A stretch of DNA of 64,000 nt from Flavobacterium sp. (GCF_039932285.1 NZ_JBDTQE010000006.1:1582-65581), one strand, 5' to 3'. Counted from the stretch's first letter, positions 1 through 10,458 are shown. Numbers and translations: made by a program. Notes: a model not told the origin generated them from the letters alone.

Positions 1-1758
1 AATAGAATTATCTTTTTTTGTTATAAAAATGTCTAAAGTAGGAGTGTACCCAATTGTACTGTCTAAACTGTTTTGGATTCCGTTTTTAATTTCAATATTT
101 TCAATTTTGTCTCCAAAATGGTTTTTACATAGGATAATAATATCTTGTCTAGTTACGACTCTATGATTGGATATGAGGTTTTCTCTATAAGCATAAATCT
201 TATCAGAGTTAGATAACTCGTCTTTACCTCCTTGAGTTGTTGACAAAAGGATAATGTTGTCTTTTTCAAAATCAGAGCCTTTATGAAGGGCAAACTTTGA
301 AAAAGTGTTAATTTTATTTGCAGCCTCACCATTTGTGGTCCAATATTTTGTAAATAAATTACCTTTGTCTTTTTTACTTTTGGAATCAAATACCAAATAG
401 GGAGTATTGCTGTTTTTTGAACCTATTGCTGCAATTTTATTTTTAAATCGTGATATAATTTGGTTAATTTCTTTTAGATTATTGTCTGTAAAATCATGTC
501 CTAATCTTGTAAAAGCCGAAGCTTCATCTCGAATTAAATCAATTAAGTAATTAATTTCTTCAGTGGCATTTCGTTCATCAAAACGTGCAACACCACCAAA
601 ACGCAAATAGGCAAAATCATCCTCGTCCGAAGAGTCTTTATCTTTATTATTTACGATAATTACTTCTCTATTACTATCATCTGAAACTGAAAATAATTCT
701 AAAAAATAATCATCATTTAGAATTAGAGGATAAATATTAAGTAAATCCTTTATTTTTCCTTGTGTTTCATTTAATTTTTTATTGATGATTGGAAAGCAAT
801 TATTGGCACAAAATATTTCAGAAAGAATATTTGGCCCTATTACATTAGGGAATTCAACTCTTAGCCAAAGTAATTTTTCGTCGGTTATTTTCTTAATGTC
901 TTCTTTTGCAAATAAATCTTTAAATTCTTTTGGTAAGTCATATTTTCCGTCATCGATGGTAATAATATCTTCGATAGTGATAAAATTGCTTCTATAATAT
1001 TCGTTAATATGTTCTTGAACTTTATCTATGTAGTGAAAATCCTGTTGCATTAACTCATTTTCATAAGTTTTTTTAGTTTCTTCGTAATTATACCCTTTTT
1101 TTGTAGATAATTGCAAATCATTTAAAAACCATTTTGCTCTTGGTAAAAAATGATAAAAAACATCTCTATCTATGCTATTTTTAAGATGAAAATAAAACAT
1201 TAAATCTTTTATAATTCCTTCGCCTTCGTGTTGAAGTCCAATCCAAATAGTGCTATGTGGATACGGACTTTTATATTTACTACTTGATAAAACTTCGCGA
1301 AATTGCTCTTTAACAACTTCTTGAATTCCATTTGGAAGTACAACGTAGTTTATTTTATTTCGATTTAATTTTACGGCTTTTGTAGGCCCAAAAAAGTAAT
1401 TTTTTATTGTACTCTCCGTTGGATTGTATGGATTTAGTTCTTTTCGCTGAAAATAAAACTGGTGGTAGTCATTTGTAATAGTATCGTTTTCTACAGGATA
1501 AGCTCTTAAAATCCCTCTTGCTCCTGTTGCTCTTGAAGAAGTTACAGGAGTTAGAATTTCAATAAGTCTTTCTGTGATGCGTCTGCGACTCGAGAAAATT
1601 TCATGTGATATATTCTCAAGTTCTTTAGCACAAACGTCAAAAAGAAGATTTACAATGGGGTCAAAAACATTTTCAAGCTCCACATCAGTATAGCCCCACT
1701 GTTTAGCAGCTCGTTTAAGTAATCGGTCTTTAATTTGGTCTTTTGATAAATGATTCAT
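1..1758 (-). CDS. tssF: T6SS baseplate subunit TssF, partial (runs off the left edge; not in the ORF track)
   Basis: Hand translation from the ATG at 1758 gives MNHLSKDQIKDRLLKRAAKQWGYTDVELENVFDPIVNLLFDVCAKELE, a Bacteroidota TssF-type N-terminus. The same frame is open at 1-60 (STIGYTPTLDIFITKKDNSI). It lies directly downstream of tssE. Confidence 0.85.
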   Translation of the reverse strand, partial: MNHLSKDQIKDRLLKRAAKQWGYTDVELENVFDPIVNLLFDVCAKELENISHEIFSSRRRITERLIEILTPVTSSRATGARGILRAYPVENDTITNDYHQFYFQRKELNPYNPTESTIKNYFFGPTKAVKLNRNKINYVVLPNGIQEVVKEQFREVLSSSKYKSPYPHSTIWIGLQHEGEGIIKDLMFYFHLKNSIDRDVFYHFLPRAKWFLNDLQLSTKKGYNYEETKKTYENELMQQDFHYIDKVQEHINEYYRSNFITIEDIITIDDGKYDLPKEFKDLFAKEDIKKITDEKLLWLRVEFPNVIGPNILSEIFCANNCFPIINKKLNETQGKIKDLLNIYPLILNDDYFLELFSVSDDSNREVIIVNNKDKDSSDEDDFAYLRFGGVARFDERNATEEINYLIDLIRDEASAFTRLGHDFTDNNLKEINQIISRFKNKIAAIGSKNSNTPYLVFDSKSKKDKGNLFTKYWTTNGEAANKINTFSKFALHKGSDFEKDNIILLSTTQGGKDELSNSDKIYAYRENLISNHRVVTRQDIIILCKNHFGDKIENIEIKNGIQNSLDSTIGYTPTLDIFITKKDNSI

Positions 1759-1765
1759 AATTTAT

Positions 1766-2197
1766 TTACTTAAAAGAAAATGGAGCTAAATAATAGGAAC
1801 TTTTGTAATAATAAGGTTGATTCGTCTGTTTGATAATGCCATAAACGATAATATCTAATCTTTTTTTTACTCTAATGCTTAATTCATGGCTTAATGTATC
1901 TTCAACAACTCCTAACTCTACATTGGTAATTATAAGGCGTTTTTCGTATTTTTTTACTTTGTCAAATATTGATTCTTTAATTAGATCTTTTAACTGATTT
2001 GGATTGGCTAACTGATTAAAATCAGTTTCCCAAATTTCGGTTCCAAAATCTTCGTCATATTTATATTCGCCAAATGTTGTGCTGATGATCAAAGAAATAA
2101 ATTGAGCTAAAGATTCTTCGATGGTTACTTTTCTAGAATCTTCCCCTATAGTGAGTTTTTTGAAATCAAATGGGATTTTATAAAATAGCTCCTTCAT
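1766..2197 (-). CDS. tssE: T6SS baseplate gp25/GPW-like subunit TssE
   Basis: 143 aa with a gp25-like pattern (GEYKYDEDFGTEIW, YEKRL) between tssH and tssF. Confidence 0.85.
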   Translation of the reverse strand: MKELFYKIPFDFKKLTIGEDSRKVTIEESLAQFISLIISTTFGEYKYDEDFGTEIWETDFNQLANPNQLKDLIKESIFDKVKKYEKRLIITNVELGVVEDTLSHELSIRVKKRLDIIVYGIIKQTNQPYYYKSSYYLAPFSFK

Positions 2198-4640
2198 TTA
2201 TTTTTTCGAATTTAATTTCGTTATTTTCATCTAAAGTTACTTTTAAATGATCTCCTTTTTGAATTTCGTTAGAAATTATCATTCGTGATAAAGGTCTTTT
2301 TAGAAGTGTTCTTATATTTCCTTTGATTGGTCTTGCACCATATTCGCTACTAAATCCTATTAATGCAATTCTTTCTTTGTCTTCTGCAGAAATCTCTAAG
2401 GAAATCTCTAATTTTTCTAATAATTGAAGAAGTTCTTTCTTTAGATGAATATCAAAGATACGAGCCACACTTTTTGAACTAATAGGTGCAAAAGGGATTA
2501 TCTCGGTCAATCGACCTAAAAATTCAGGACGGAAATAACCTGTCATAATTTGAATTAAATCATTCGATTTAGGGATTACCTCTTTCTCAAATGATTTGAC
2601 AATAAAATCTGAACCAATATTTGAGGTAAATAGGATTACAGAATTTGAAAAATCGCCTTCTTTCCCTAATCTGTCATGTAATTTCCCTTCATCTAATATT
2701 TGCAAGAAAACGTCAAAAACCGATTTGTGTGCTTTTTCAATTTCATCAAATAGTACTATTGAGTAGGGTTTTTGTCTAATTTTATTTACTAATAAGCCAC
2801 CTTCCTCATATCCTACATATCCTGGAGGCGCACCATAAAGTAGTGCTGCGGAATGTTCTTCTTTAAATTCAGACATGTCCAATCGAATGATTGCATTCTC
2901 GTCTCCAAAAAGGAAATCTGCCATCGATTTTGCTAATTCTGTTTTACCTGTTCCTGTTGGCCCTAAAAAGAAAAATGAGCCAATTGGTTGTCCTGGTTTT
3001 GTAAGTCCTGATCGTGATTCTAAAATAGCATCAGAAACTACTTTTACAGCGTGATCTTGACCTATTACTCTTTTTTTGAGCATATTTTCAATATCGAGTA
3101 GTTTTTCTCTTTCGTCAGATTTTACTTTGCCTGCAGGTATTCCTGTGATTCCAGAAACGACAAGTGATAAGTGAGACGGGAATACTTTGTTTTCTTGTTT
3201 TTCTAACTCTTCGAGAGTATTAAGCAAGCTTTTTATATGATCTAATTTTTTATCTTTTTCGTGTAAAGTGGGATAAATAGTTATGCTTTCGTCGACTTCG
3301 TTAAATAAGTTACCTGACTTTTTTATAACATCGTTGTATAACCAATCTATTTTTTCAATTTCATCTTCTTTGAGATTGGGTAATGATTCTAATTGAATTT
3401 TTAATTCAGGAAGTTCTTTCTTAATAGTTTCTTTAGCCACTTTAAGTGACGACATAGTTCTATCAATCAAATCTAAAGCCGAATCAGGTAATGATTTTTC
3501 TTTTAAATATCGTTTAGATAATCGAATAGCTTCCTTAATACCATCTTCATCTATTGAAAAATTATGATGTTTTTGATAATGACTAATCACATTATTAATC
3601 ATTCTAAAGGCTAAATCTTGCTGAGGTTCTTGTATTTCTAGTGTTTCGAAACGTCTTGATATAGCATCGTCTTTACCCAATGTTTTTCTATATTTTTCGG
3701 TAGTCGTGGCTCCTATAAAAGTAATGTCACCCTTTGAAAGTTCAGATTTTATAATACTCGCAATGCCGCTTCCTTGATTTGAGTCAAATAATTCGTGAAT
3801 ATCATCAATAAATACAATAGGTTTGTCGTATTTTTTTAATTCATTAAATATTTTTTGCAAACGATCTTCAACTTCTCCTTTATAAGAAGCGCCTGCAAAT
3901 AACGCTCCAATATTTATTTCAAATACTGAAGCATTGTGAAATGAAGATAGAATAGTTTTATTGGCAATTTTATGACAAAATCCTTCTACTAAAGTCGATT
4001 TTCCTACACCAGGTTCGCCAGTAATGATAACGTGAGGTTTTAATCTTCTATTTAAGATTTCGGTAATTATTTTTAGTTCTTCATCGCGACCAATAATCGA
4101 AAAAATATCGTCTGTTTTTGTTTTGTTTATTTTATTGATGCAGTATTTATCTAATACTGACGAATTTCCTCTAGAGGATGAGTTCGTTGAAGAAGATGAA
4201 GAGCCTGAATTTTGTGAAATTGTATTTCCTTCAATCAGTATATCTTTTAATGAGGTTGGATTTATAGGTAAGGATTTTAACTGGTCGTGATTAAATCCTA
4301 TTCCTGGGGTTACTAAGGTAATAAGCAAGGTATTAAAATCTACTTCGGTACCAAAGTTTTTTGCAATAATTTCGGCTTCTTCAAAAACAGCAATTGCCGC
4401 ATTATCGGCAGCTGGATCTTCTGTTGGTTTCGAAACTTTTGGCAATTCATTGATGCGTACATCTGCCCATTCATCAATATAAAAAACATCGACACCTTTG
4501 CTGTCTAATAGTTTTAAAAAATCAAATTGCGGGTTTAATAAAGCTTTTAAAATATGCGATGCACTATATTTTTGATTCAGATTTTCTTTAGCAAATTGTT
4601 TTGCAACGTGAACAACCTGAGGTATTTCTTCTTGCCCCAT
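2178..4640 (-). CDS. tssH: T6SS ClpV/TssH AAA+ ATPase
   Basis: Two Walker A motifs (GEPGVGKS, GPTGTGKT), ClpB-like motifs (RVIGQDHAV, RLDMSEF, LFDEIEKAH, FRPEFLGRL), and T6SS context. Confidence 0.92.
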   Translation of the reverse strand: MGQEEIPQVVHVAKQFAKENLNQKYSASHILKALLNPQFDFLKLLDSKGVDVFYIDEWADVRINELPKVSKPTEDPAADNAAIAVFEEAEIIAKNFGTEVDFNTLLITLVTPGIGFNHDQLKSLPINPTSLKDILIEGNTISQNSGSSSSSTNSSSRGNSSVLDKYCINKINKTKTDDIFSIIGRDEELKIITEILNRRLKPHVIITGEPGVGKSTLVEGFCHKIANKTILSSFHNASVFEINIGALFAGASYKGEVEDRLQKIFNELKKYDKPIVFIDDIHELFDSNQGSGIASIIKSELSKGDITFIGATTTEKYRKTLGKDDAISRRFETLEIQEPQQDLAFRMINNVISHYQKHHNFSIDEDGIKEAIRLSKRYLKEKSLPDSALDLIDRTMSSLKVAKETIKKELPELKIQLESLPNLKEDEIEKIDWLYNDVIKKSGNLFNEVDESITIYPTLHEKDKKLDHIKSLLNTLEELEKQENKVFPSHLSLVVSGITGIPAGKVKSDEREKLLDIENMLKKRVIGQDHAVKVVSDAILESRSGLTKPGQPIGSFFFLGPTGTGKTELAKSMADFLFGDENAIIRLDMSEFKEEHSAALLYGAPPGYVGYEEGGLLVNKIRQKPYSIVLFDEIEKAHKSVFDVFLQILDEGKLHDRLGKEGDFSNSVILFTSNIGSDFIVKSFEKEVIPKSNDLIQIMTGYFRPEFLGRLTEIIPFAPISSKSVARIFDIHLKKELLQLLEKLEISLEISAEDKERIALIGFSSEYGARPIKGNIRTLLKRPLSRMIISNEIQKGDHLKVTLDENNEIKFEKINEGAIL

Positions 4641-4695
4641 AGTTTTTTAGTTTGTGTTTGTTTAATTATCCCCAAATAATCAAGCAATGTTTTGT

Positions 4696-5199
4696 TTATT
4701 CTGATTTAGCATTAGCAACCTTGATGTCTATGATAAGATCGTCTATGCGTTTTTGCTTGTCTCTATTTTCTTGAGTAAGTTGGTCAATCGTACTTTTACA
4801 ATCGGAATATTGTACCACGTCTTTTTTAGAATTTACTAAATCTTGTACGTTCACAATAATACGTTCATATAATTTTGAACTTAATGTGTCATCCGGGATT
4901 TCTTTGCTTAAATCACCTAGTTTTTGACTAATGTTTTGTTCTATATAAGTTGCTCTTTCGGGAGTTTTTTGCATAGAATCTAATAGCTTAGTAATGTTTT
5001 TAAACTCATCAGAAAATTTTTGCTGATAATTAAGTTGTTTGATCATTCTTTCGTTTTCACTTCGTAAAACCTCATTTTCTTTCATAGGAAGTTTGAAGTT
5101 AAAAAATAATGCAAAAACAAAAATTCCTGCTGAAATGACAAACATTCCAAGAAACATTAAAAATGCTGAGTAACGCTCTTTTTTATTTAAAATATCCAT
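4696..5199 (-). CDS. tssO: T6SSiii membrane complex protein TssO
   Basis: N-terminal NKKERYSAFLMF followed by one TM helix and a coiled coil; size and position match Bacteroidota TssO. Confidence 0.7.
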   Translation of the reverse strand: MDILNKKERYSAFLMFLGMFVISAGIFVFALFFNFKLPMKENEVLRSENERMIKQLNYQQKFSDEFKNITKLLDSMQKTPERATYIEQNISQKLGDLSKEIPDDTLSSKLYERIIVNVQDLVNSKKDVVQYSDCKSTIDQLTQENRDKQKRIDDLIIDIKVANAKSE

Positions 5200-5206
5200 A
5201 ATAAAA

Positions 5207-6385
5207 TTAATCTGCTAAAAATGTTGGTGATGAATTTGATGGCTTGTTATCGTTGCTAAAGACTGAAGTGCTTTTGTCGTTTTTTAAAACATTTTCGTTT
5301 ACAAAAATTCCAGTATCTCTTTTTCTTCCTATATAATCTAATTGATTTAAAATAGAATAAAGGTTGTCTATTTTTGAAATAAAGTAATTGGTTTGATCTA
5401 CAGTTTCTCTAATGTCAAAAGGTTTATATTTAACATTTATAGCATCTGTAAACAAACGTTCAAAGTCCCCACTTTTTGTATCAGTCCATTCTGAAAAATA
5501 ATTAAATAACATTTCCTTACCGTCACCTGAAAAAGTGTCAAAACAATTTTTTAAGGTTCTAGCAAATCCTACTATATTGCTTAAAATGTCTATGGGTTTT
5601 GTGTTGTAATTTGTCCATTTATTCATTGTAATATGTTTTTCAACATAATTTAATGACTTGTTACAGGCTTCAAGAACCATACTAGCAATTACGTTTTCAT
5701 CTTCTGCGGTGCTTCTAAACTTTATTTTTTGTATGATTTGTACGGAATAGAATTCTATTTGTTTAAAAAACAAATCATAATTTTCAAATAAACTAATTAA
5801 ATTTGAATGACTATTTACAGTTAAGCAAGGTGGAATATAATCTGTTAGAATTTCATAACTATCTGATGATGTTTTAAATTTTGCTATTGGGAATTGTAAA
5901 GCACCAATATTATTTTGATTTACATCACTTTCTATTACAGTTGTAAAAAAATATTTTGACCTCGCGTAAGGAAACCTAGGTGGAGTTTCTAACATATTTT
6001 GTTCTCCAGATGGGATTCTATGATACGGGTCTACGTTTAGAAGCAAGTAATAGTTATTTTCTTTAAAATCAAAATCTTTCAATTCTATCTTTTCAGAAAA
6101 AGAACCTGTTAAATCGGTGATCTCTATTCGTCCTCCAGAAGGAGTTACTGCTTTAAGCATTTTTATGTCGATACTCAACTCATTGTGTGTATCAATAGAA
6201 ATTGAATATTGAAAAGGGCTCGATAAATTAGTGCTTAACAATCCGTAGTTTAAATCGCTGGTTTCAAGATTTCTTGCATCACGAACTAAATCTTCAATAT
6301 TGTCTTGCAATTCAATAAAATGATTTTTATTGATTTTCATTCCTTCAATCCAGTTTACTGGAAAGTGTTTTATGTTTTCTGCCAT
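5207..6385 (-). CDS. tssK: T6SS baseplate subunit TssK
   Basis: N-terminal VNWIEGMKINKNHF motif typical of TssK; T6SS operon context. Confidence 0.8.
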   Translation of the reverse strand: MAENIKHFPVNWIEGMKINKNHFIELQDNIEDLVRDARNLETSDLNYGLLSTNLSSPFQYSISIDTHNELSIDIKMLKAVTPSGGRIEITDLTGSFSEKIELKDFDFKENNYYLLLNVDPYHRIPSGEQNMLETPPRFPYARSKYFFTTVIESDVNQNNIGALQFPIAKFKTSSDSYEILTDYIPPCLTVNSHSNLISLFENYDLFFKQIEFYSVQIIQKIKFRSTAEDENVIASMVLEACNKSLNYVEKHITMNKWTNYNTKPIDILSNIVGFARTLKNCFDTFSGDGKEMLFNYFSEWTDTKSGDFERLFTDAINVKYKPFDIRETVDQTNYFISKIDNLYSILNQLDYIGRKRDTGIFVNENVLKNDKSTSVFSNDNKPSNSSPTFLAD

Positions 6386-6398
6386 ACTTCTAATTTTT

Positions 6399-7262
6399 TT
6401 ATATTCTTTGACAAATTATTGTTTCTCCATCTTTAATATTATTAGTATCTATGGCTAATTCGGGGTCTATATATTCTGCTGAACCAAACCATTTTGGTTT
6501 GGTATGAAAATACCATCCATAGGGTTGCTGTTTTTCATCAAGATGATTAATCTTGCCATTTGGGTTTTTTTCGTTATAATCATTGATGAAATAATAAAAT
6601 AATCGACCAAAATCAAATGCCCTTGGCGCCTTTACTTTAAAATTAATAATGTCTTTATCATTTGATTTTTTTTGAAAAACTAGATTCAAAATAATAACGT
6701 TACGCATCTCTGATGCCTGTGGAGCTGGATATACTGAATTTAGAGGATAAAACCATCTTTTGTGTAACTTGGCAGGAATCGAGATAGCAGTTTCAAATAA
6801 AATGTAACACAAAGTTGGAATTATAAAAAATAACAAGGTAGCTATTAAATAGGTTAAATAGTCTAATTCTCCAAAAAAGCTCGCAATGATTGATATAAAA
6901 GCAGCAATAAATAAGGCTGTTACAGATGAAATTGCTATTTCTGTAAATATTTTTTTCGCTTCAAATTTTTTAAAATAAATTCGAAATAACCTAAAATGAA
7001 TTGCTCCTGTAATTGCAAAATAGACTTGAAATGCTACAAATCGTTGCGAAACTATTACATCTTTTAGATTATATAAAATGCTAGAAAATACCACAAAGAC
7101 TAATACTTGAGCGAGTATGTAATAAAAATATTTTTTCTTTTCTTGTTTTAACTTTGGGGTTTTAGCACTTATTAACATTGTAAGCATAACTGCTATTGCT
7201 ATAATTATAAGTGCATAAATTAATGCTTCGCCTCCATTTAGTTTCGGTAAAAAACGTCTCAT
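6399..7262 (-). CDS. tssN: T6SSiii membrane protein TssN
   Basis: About five TM helices followed by a soluble C-terminal domain (KRWFYP, FGRLFYYFINDYNEKNP); 287 aa. Confidence 0.8.
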   Translation of the reverse strand: MRRFLPKLNGGEALIYALIIIAIAVMLTMLISAKTPKLKQEKKKYFYYILAQVLVFVVFSSILYNLKDVIVSQRFVAFQVYFAITGAIHFRLFRIYFKKFEAKKIFTEIAISSVTALFIAAFISIIASFFGELDYLTYLIATLLFFIIPTLCYILFETAISIPAKLHKRWFYPLNSVYPAPQASEMRNVIILNLVFQKKSNDKDIINFKVKAPRAFDFGRLFYYFINDYNEKNPNGKINHLDEKQQPYGWYFHTKPKWFGSAEYIDPELAIDTNNIKDGETIICQRI

Positions 7263-7263
7263 T

Positions 7264-8190
7264 TTATATTGTTGTTGAAATTCCTAATCTTGATTTGTAG
7301 CTGTCTTCTTCTATTGTAAATTTTTCATCATCCGAGTTTAATTTGATGTCAAACGAAAATTGCACATGAAATGGTAAAAATAAATTAAAAAATGTAGTAA
7401 TGAAGATTTCCATTGATTGATTTTGAAAAAAATATTTTAAATTTTCAGACTCTTTAAGTGGACCAACACTAAAATTGTATTTTTTTAGATAAATTCGTTC
7501 ACTACTTTCTAACGTTGTGTTGACTCCTAATAGCATATCTGAACTTATAGAATTCACATCATACGCATAATCTAGCTTGATATATGAGGAAGTATAATTT
7601 ACTTCTTCTTGTATTATGTTTTCTAATATATTTACAACCGTTTCAATGCTTTGGTCATTACTTTGATTTTGTTTTAAAAGAGCATAAAAGAGCTTGACAA
7701 TTAGTTTGTCAGGAATACTATTATCTACGGCTAGTATTGTTCGAATAATATCGGCAATTTCATTAGAATTTAATTTTGAAAAAAACTCAGATTCAAAACT
7801 TTCTATGAGATGTCTAAATCGAAAAAACTCATTTTCTATTGGGTTAAAAAAATGGCGAGCTTCTTTTTCTTCTTTTTTTCTGTTTTTAAATTCTTCTACA
7901 GGATTATTTCCTTTATTTCGGTCTCTATAATCATGAGATATGCTTTCAGGTAAAATGTCATAAAAACCATCCCTGCTAATTTCGATATTTACAACGTCCT
8001 TGTTAATTGCGTCATAATCGATATTCATTTTGTCTTTTCTAAAATTTCTATAAAAAAGACCATTTGATTTAACAACAATATTGGAGTCAATAACATTACT
8101 TTCAAGTAAGGCATTGAAAATAATTTCCGCTTTTAAATCAAACGAAGTTAAATGTCTATGATTAGTAATAATTGATGTGTTTTTTTTCAT
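7264..8190 (-). CDS. tssG: T6SS baseplate subunit TssG
   Basis: ISRDGFYDILPESISH and ARHFFNPIENEFF motifs resemble Bacteroidota TssG. Confidence 0.75.
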   Translation of the reverse strand: MKKNTSIITNHRHLTSFDLKAEIIFNALLESNVIDSNIVVKSNGLFYRNFRKDKMNIDYDAINKDVVNIEISRDGFYDILPESISHDYRDRNKGNNPVEEFKNRKKEEKEARHFFNPIENEFFRFRHLIESFESEFFSKLNSNEIADIIRTILAVDNSIPDKLIVKLFYALLKQNQSNDQSIETVVNILENIIQEEVNYTSSYIKLDYAYDVNSISSDMLLGVNTTLESSERIYLKKYNFSVGPLKESENLKYFFQNQSMEIFITTFFNLFLPFHVQFSFDIKLNSDDEKFTIEEDSYKSRLGISTTI

Positions 8191-8196
8191 AAAGCA

Positions 8197-8772
8197 TCAC
8201 TTTTTTAGCCTTACAGCTCCAACATAAGATTTTTGCCAATAATGCTTTTTTAAGCTCCCAATAGAACAACCCTCGGTAGAACTTGCTCCAAAAAACTTAT
8301 CGTTTTTTAAATAAATTCCAACGTGAGAAACCACTTGGTCGTCTTTAATTTTAAAGAAAACCAAATCTCCTTCTTCCAGTGGTTGTCCTTCTTTAATCAT
8401 TTTAAAACGTTTGTCACCATACATCTCAGTTGATGTTCTAGCTAATTTTGTATCATAAACATATTTATAGAGTTCTTGCATAAGAGCAGAACAGTCTACA
8501 CCATTTTTATTTACTCCGCCTAATAAATAAGTTGTTTCTTCCCAGCTTTTTATAAAAATATATAATTTTTCGTTTGTTATTGCTTTTTTATCAACATTAA
8601 GTTTTTTTGAAAAATAAGTAATTTCCTCATTTGAAAGGGTTTTCTTGTAATCATATACTACTCTTTCATTACTATTAAAATTAAGTCTGTTTACATCATT
8701 GTCTGTAATTATAGGCTTTGATTTGCATGAAAGAAGAGAAATAATAATAATAATTGATAAAAATCTTAACAT
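8197..8772 (-). CDS. NlpC/P60 (C40) peptidoglycan peptidase lipoprotein
   Basis: Lipobox LLSC; catalytic GVDCSAL and SHVGIY motifs; LEEGDLVFF. Confidence 0.85.
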   Translation of the reverse strand: MLRFLSIIIIISLLSCKSKPIITDNDVNRLNFNSNERVVYDYKKTLSNEEITYFSKKLNVDKKAITNEKLYIFIKSWEETTYLLGGVNKNGVDCSALMQELYKYVYDTKLARTSTEMYGDKRFKMIKEGQPLEEGDLVFFKIKDDQVVSHVGIYLKNDKFFGASSTEGCSIGSLKKHYWQKSYVGAVRLKK

Positions 8773-8952
8773 ATTGTGATAATTTACAAAAAAAATAAAG
8801 CTTATTTTACAAAAGTCAACAATTACAATGAAATAATCAAATCAAATATGCGTTTTTTACAATTAATTAAAATGCATAGACTTATTAATTAGTTAATATC
8901 TGATTTTTTTGACTATACTAGAATATAATAACGTTTGATGGCGATAAAAAAG

Positions 8953-8982
8953 TTTGAATATTCAATATTTTTTATAAATTTG
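8953..8982 (+). promoter_or_regulatory. Bacteroidota housekeeping sigma promoter for the tssP-tssB-tssC arm
   Basis: TTTG (8953-8956), an 18-nt spacer, then TAAATTTG (8975-8982), which fits the -33/-7 consensus TTTG...TAnnTTTG. Confidence 0.55.
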
Positions 8983-9009
8983 AACAAAAGAATAAATATC
9001 AAATTAGTA

Positions 9010-9948
9010 ATGAACAAGAACACTCAAATTAAAACGCATTTTGACAATAAAATTTTAGGTTTTTTTATGGTTTTTTTTACTTTATCTTGTTTACTACTAT
9101 TGTATAAAAAGCAAAATCAAGACAATTGCGATATTTCTGGTTTCGAAATAGAATCAAAAGGATTTAAAGCAAAAGAATTAATAACATTTTCGGATACCAC
9201 AAAGAATGCATCTAAATGGGAATGGAATTTTGGAGATGGGAGTAAATCATCATATCTTTCAAAAGTATCTCACTCCTATGAAAAAGAAGGAAAATATACT
9301 GTAAAATTAATGGTTGGTCAATCTTGTGTTGTAGATAAGGAAATTACAATTTTTCCGTTTGAAGAGGAAATAGATAATTCATTAATGCCTAATTTTTATG
9401 CGCCATCAAAAATTATAGTTGGAGAACCTACAACATTTAAAGACTTAACACCCCACGCAAATTCTTGGCAATGGAAGTTTGGAGATGGAAGTAGTGAAGG
9501 AAGACAATTTGATGCAACAGAAAAAAACCCTACCTATGTGTTTAAAACTTCTGGAGCAAAAAAAGTAACTCTTGCAGTAAATGGGAATTATAAATACGTA
9601 AAAAAAATAGACGTATTTGTTCAAATGCCTAAAGTGAAAGAAGAGGTTGTTGAGGTTGTGAAAATGAAAGCAAAAAAAGAAAGAGGACCTGAGAAAAAAG
9701 GAGTTACGGAGTTTGATATTGAGGCCATGATGAATGGAATTGCAGAGAATCAATTAACCTATAGGAATTTTTCTAGATATTTTTGTAAAGACGCAATGCC
9801 AGAAGTGCATTTAAAAGACGCTAAAATATTATCACTAAAAGAGTTAGATGAAAATATTAGAGGGAAAAGTATAAAAATCAAGAAAATAGTCATTCAAAAA
9901 GATGATGATGGTTGTGTGACTAGAATTGATGCAAACTACAAAAATTAA
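9010..9948 (+). CDS. tssP: T6SSiii PKD-domain membrane protein TssP
   Basis: N-terminal TM helix and two PKD repeats (WEWNFGDG, WQWKFGDG). Start moved from 8935 to the ATG at 9010 because the predicted promoter lies inside the longer ORF. Confidence 0.7.
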   Translation: MNKNTQIKTHFDNKILGFFMVFFTLSCLLLLYKKQNQDNCDISGFEIESKGFKAKELITFSDTTKNASKWEWNFGDGSKSSYLSKVSHSYEKEGKYTVKLMVGQSCVVDKEITIFPFEEEIDNSLMPNFYAPSKIIVGEPTTFKDLTPHANSWQWKFGDGSSEGRQFDATEKNPTYVFKTSGAKKVTLAVNGNYKYVKKIDVFVQMPKVKEEVVEVVKMKAKKERGPEKKGVTEFDIEAMMNGIAENQLTYRNFSRYFCKDAMPEVHLKDAKILSLKELDENIRGKSIKIKKIVIQKDDDGCVTRIDANYKN

Positions 9949-9982
9949 ACAACAACAAATAATAACTTAAACATACTAAAAA

Positions 9983-10453
9983 ATGGCAACAAATAGATTT
10001 TCCTCAAGCTTTGGGATAGGCGGAAATGAAGTTAGAGTTGAAGGTCAAGAGGGGATGCTTGAAATTCAACAAAACAAAACTTTAATCGCACAAAAGCTTA
10101 CCACAAAAACACCTACAAGACCAGAAATTGTTACTGGTTTAAAAAATATGGATGAAGTTTTTGAGCACTTTGATCCTAAAGTAGATTTGGCTTTCGAAGA
10201 TGAAAAAGGACAAAATGTAAAAGAGCAACTTATATTTAAAAACGTTGGTGATTTTTCATTAAGTGGAATGACTAATCAAAGCCCTTTTTTAAGCGATTTG
10301 CAAATTAAGAATGAGCAATATAAAAAATTGATCAAACAACTTAAAACAAATAAAATTTTAAAATTAGCTTTACAAGATCCAGAGGCAAAAAATGCAATAC
10401 TAGATTCAATAGAGTCTTTAATAAAAGAAATTGAACAATCTGATAAACAATAA
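9983..10453 (+). CDS. tssB: T6SS contractile sheath small subunit TssB
   Basis: Bacteroidota TssB-like N-terminus (FGIGGNEV) and position immediately upstream of tssC. Confidence 0.85.
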   Translation: MATNRFSSSFGIGGNEVRVEGQEGMLEIQQNKTLIAQKLTTKTPTRPEIVTGLKNMDEVFEHFDPKVDLAFEDEKGQNVKEQLIFKNVGDFSLSGMTNQSPFLSDLQIKNEQYKKLIKQLKTNKILKLALQDPEAKNAILDSIESLIKEIEQSDKQ

Positions 10454-10458
10454 ACGAT

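Noticed and set aside
153-997. Track ORFs 153-389 (-) and 782-997 (+)
   Set aside because: They lie inside the tssF frame (1-1758, minus), which is open wherever I checked; they are alternative-frame artefacts.
8935-9009. Longer N-terminus of tssP proposed by the ORF track
   Set aside because: A -33/-7 promoter match lies inside this stretch, so the ATG at 9010 is preferred.
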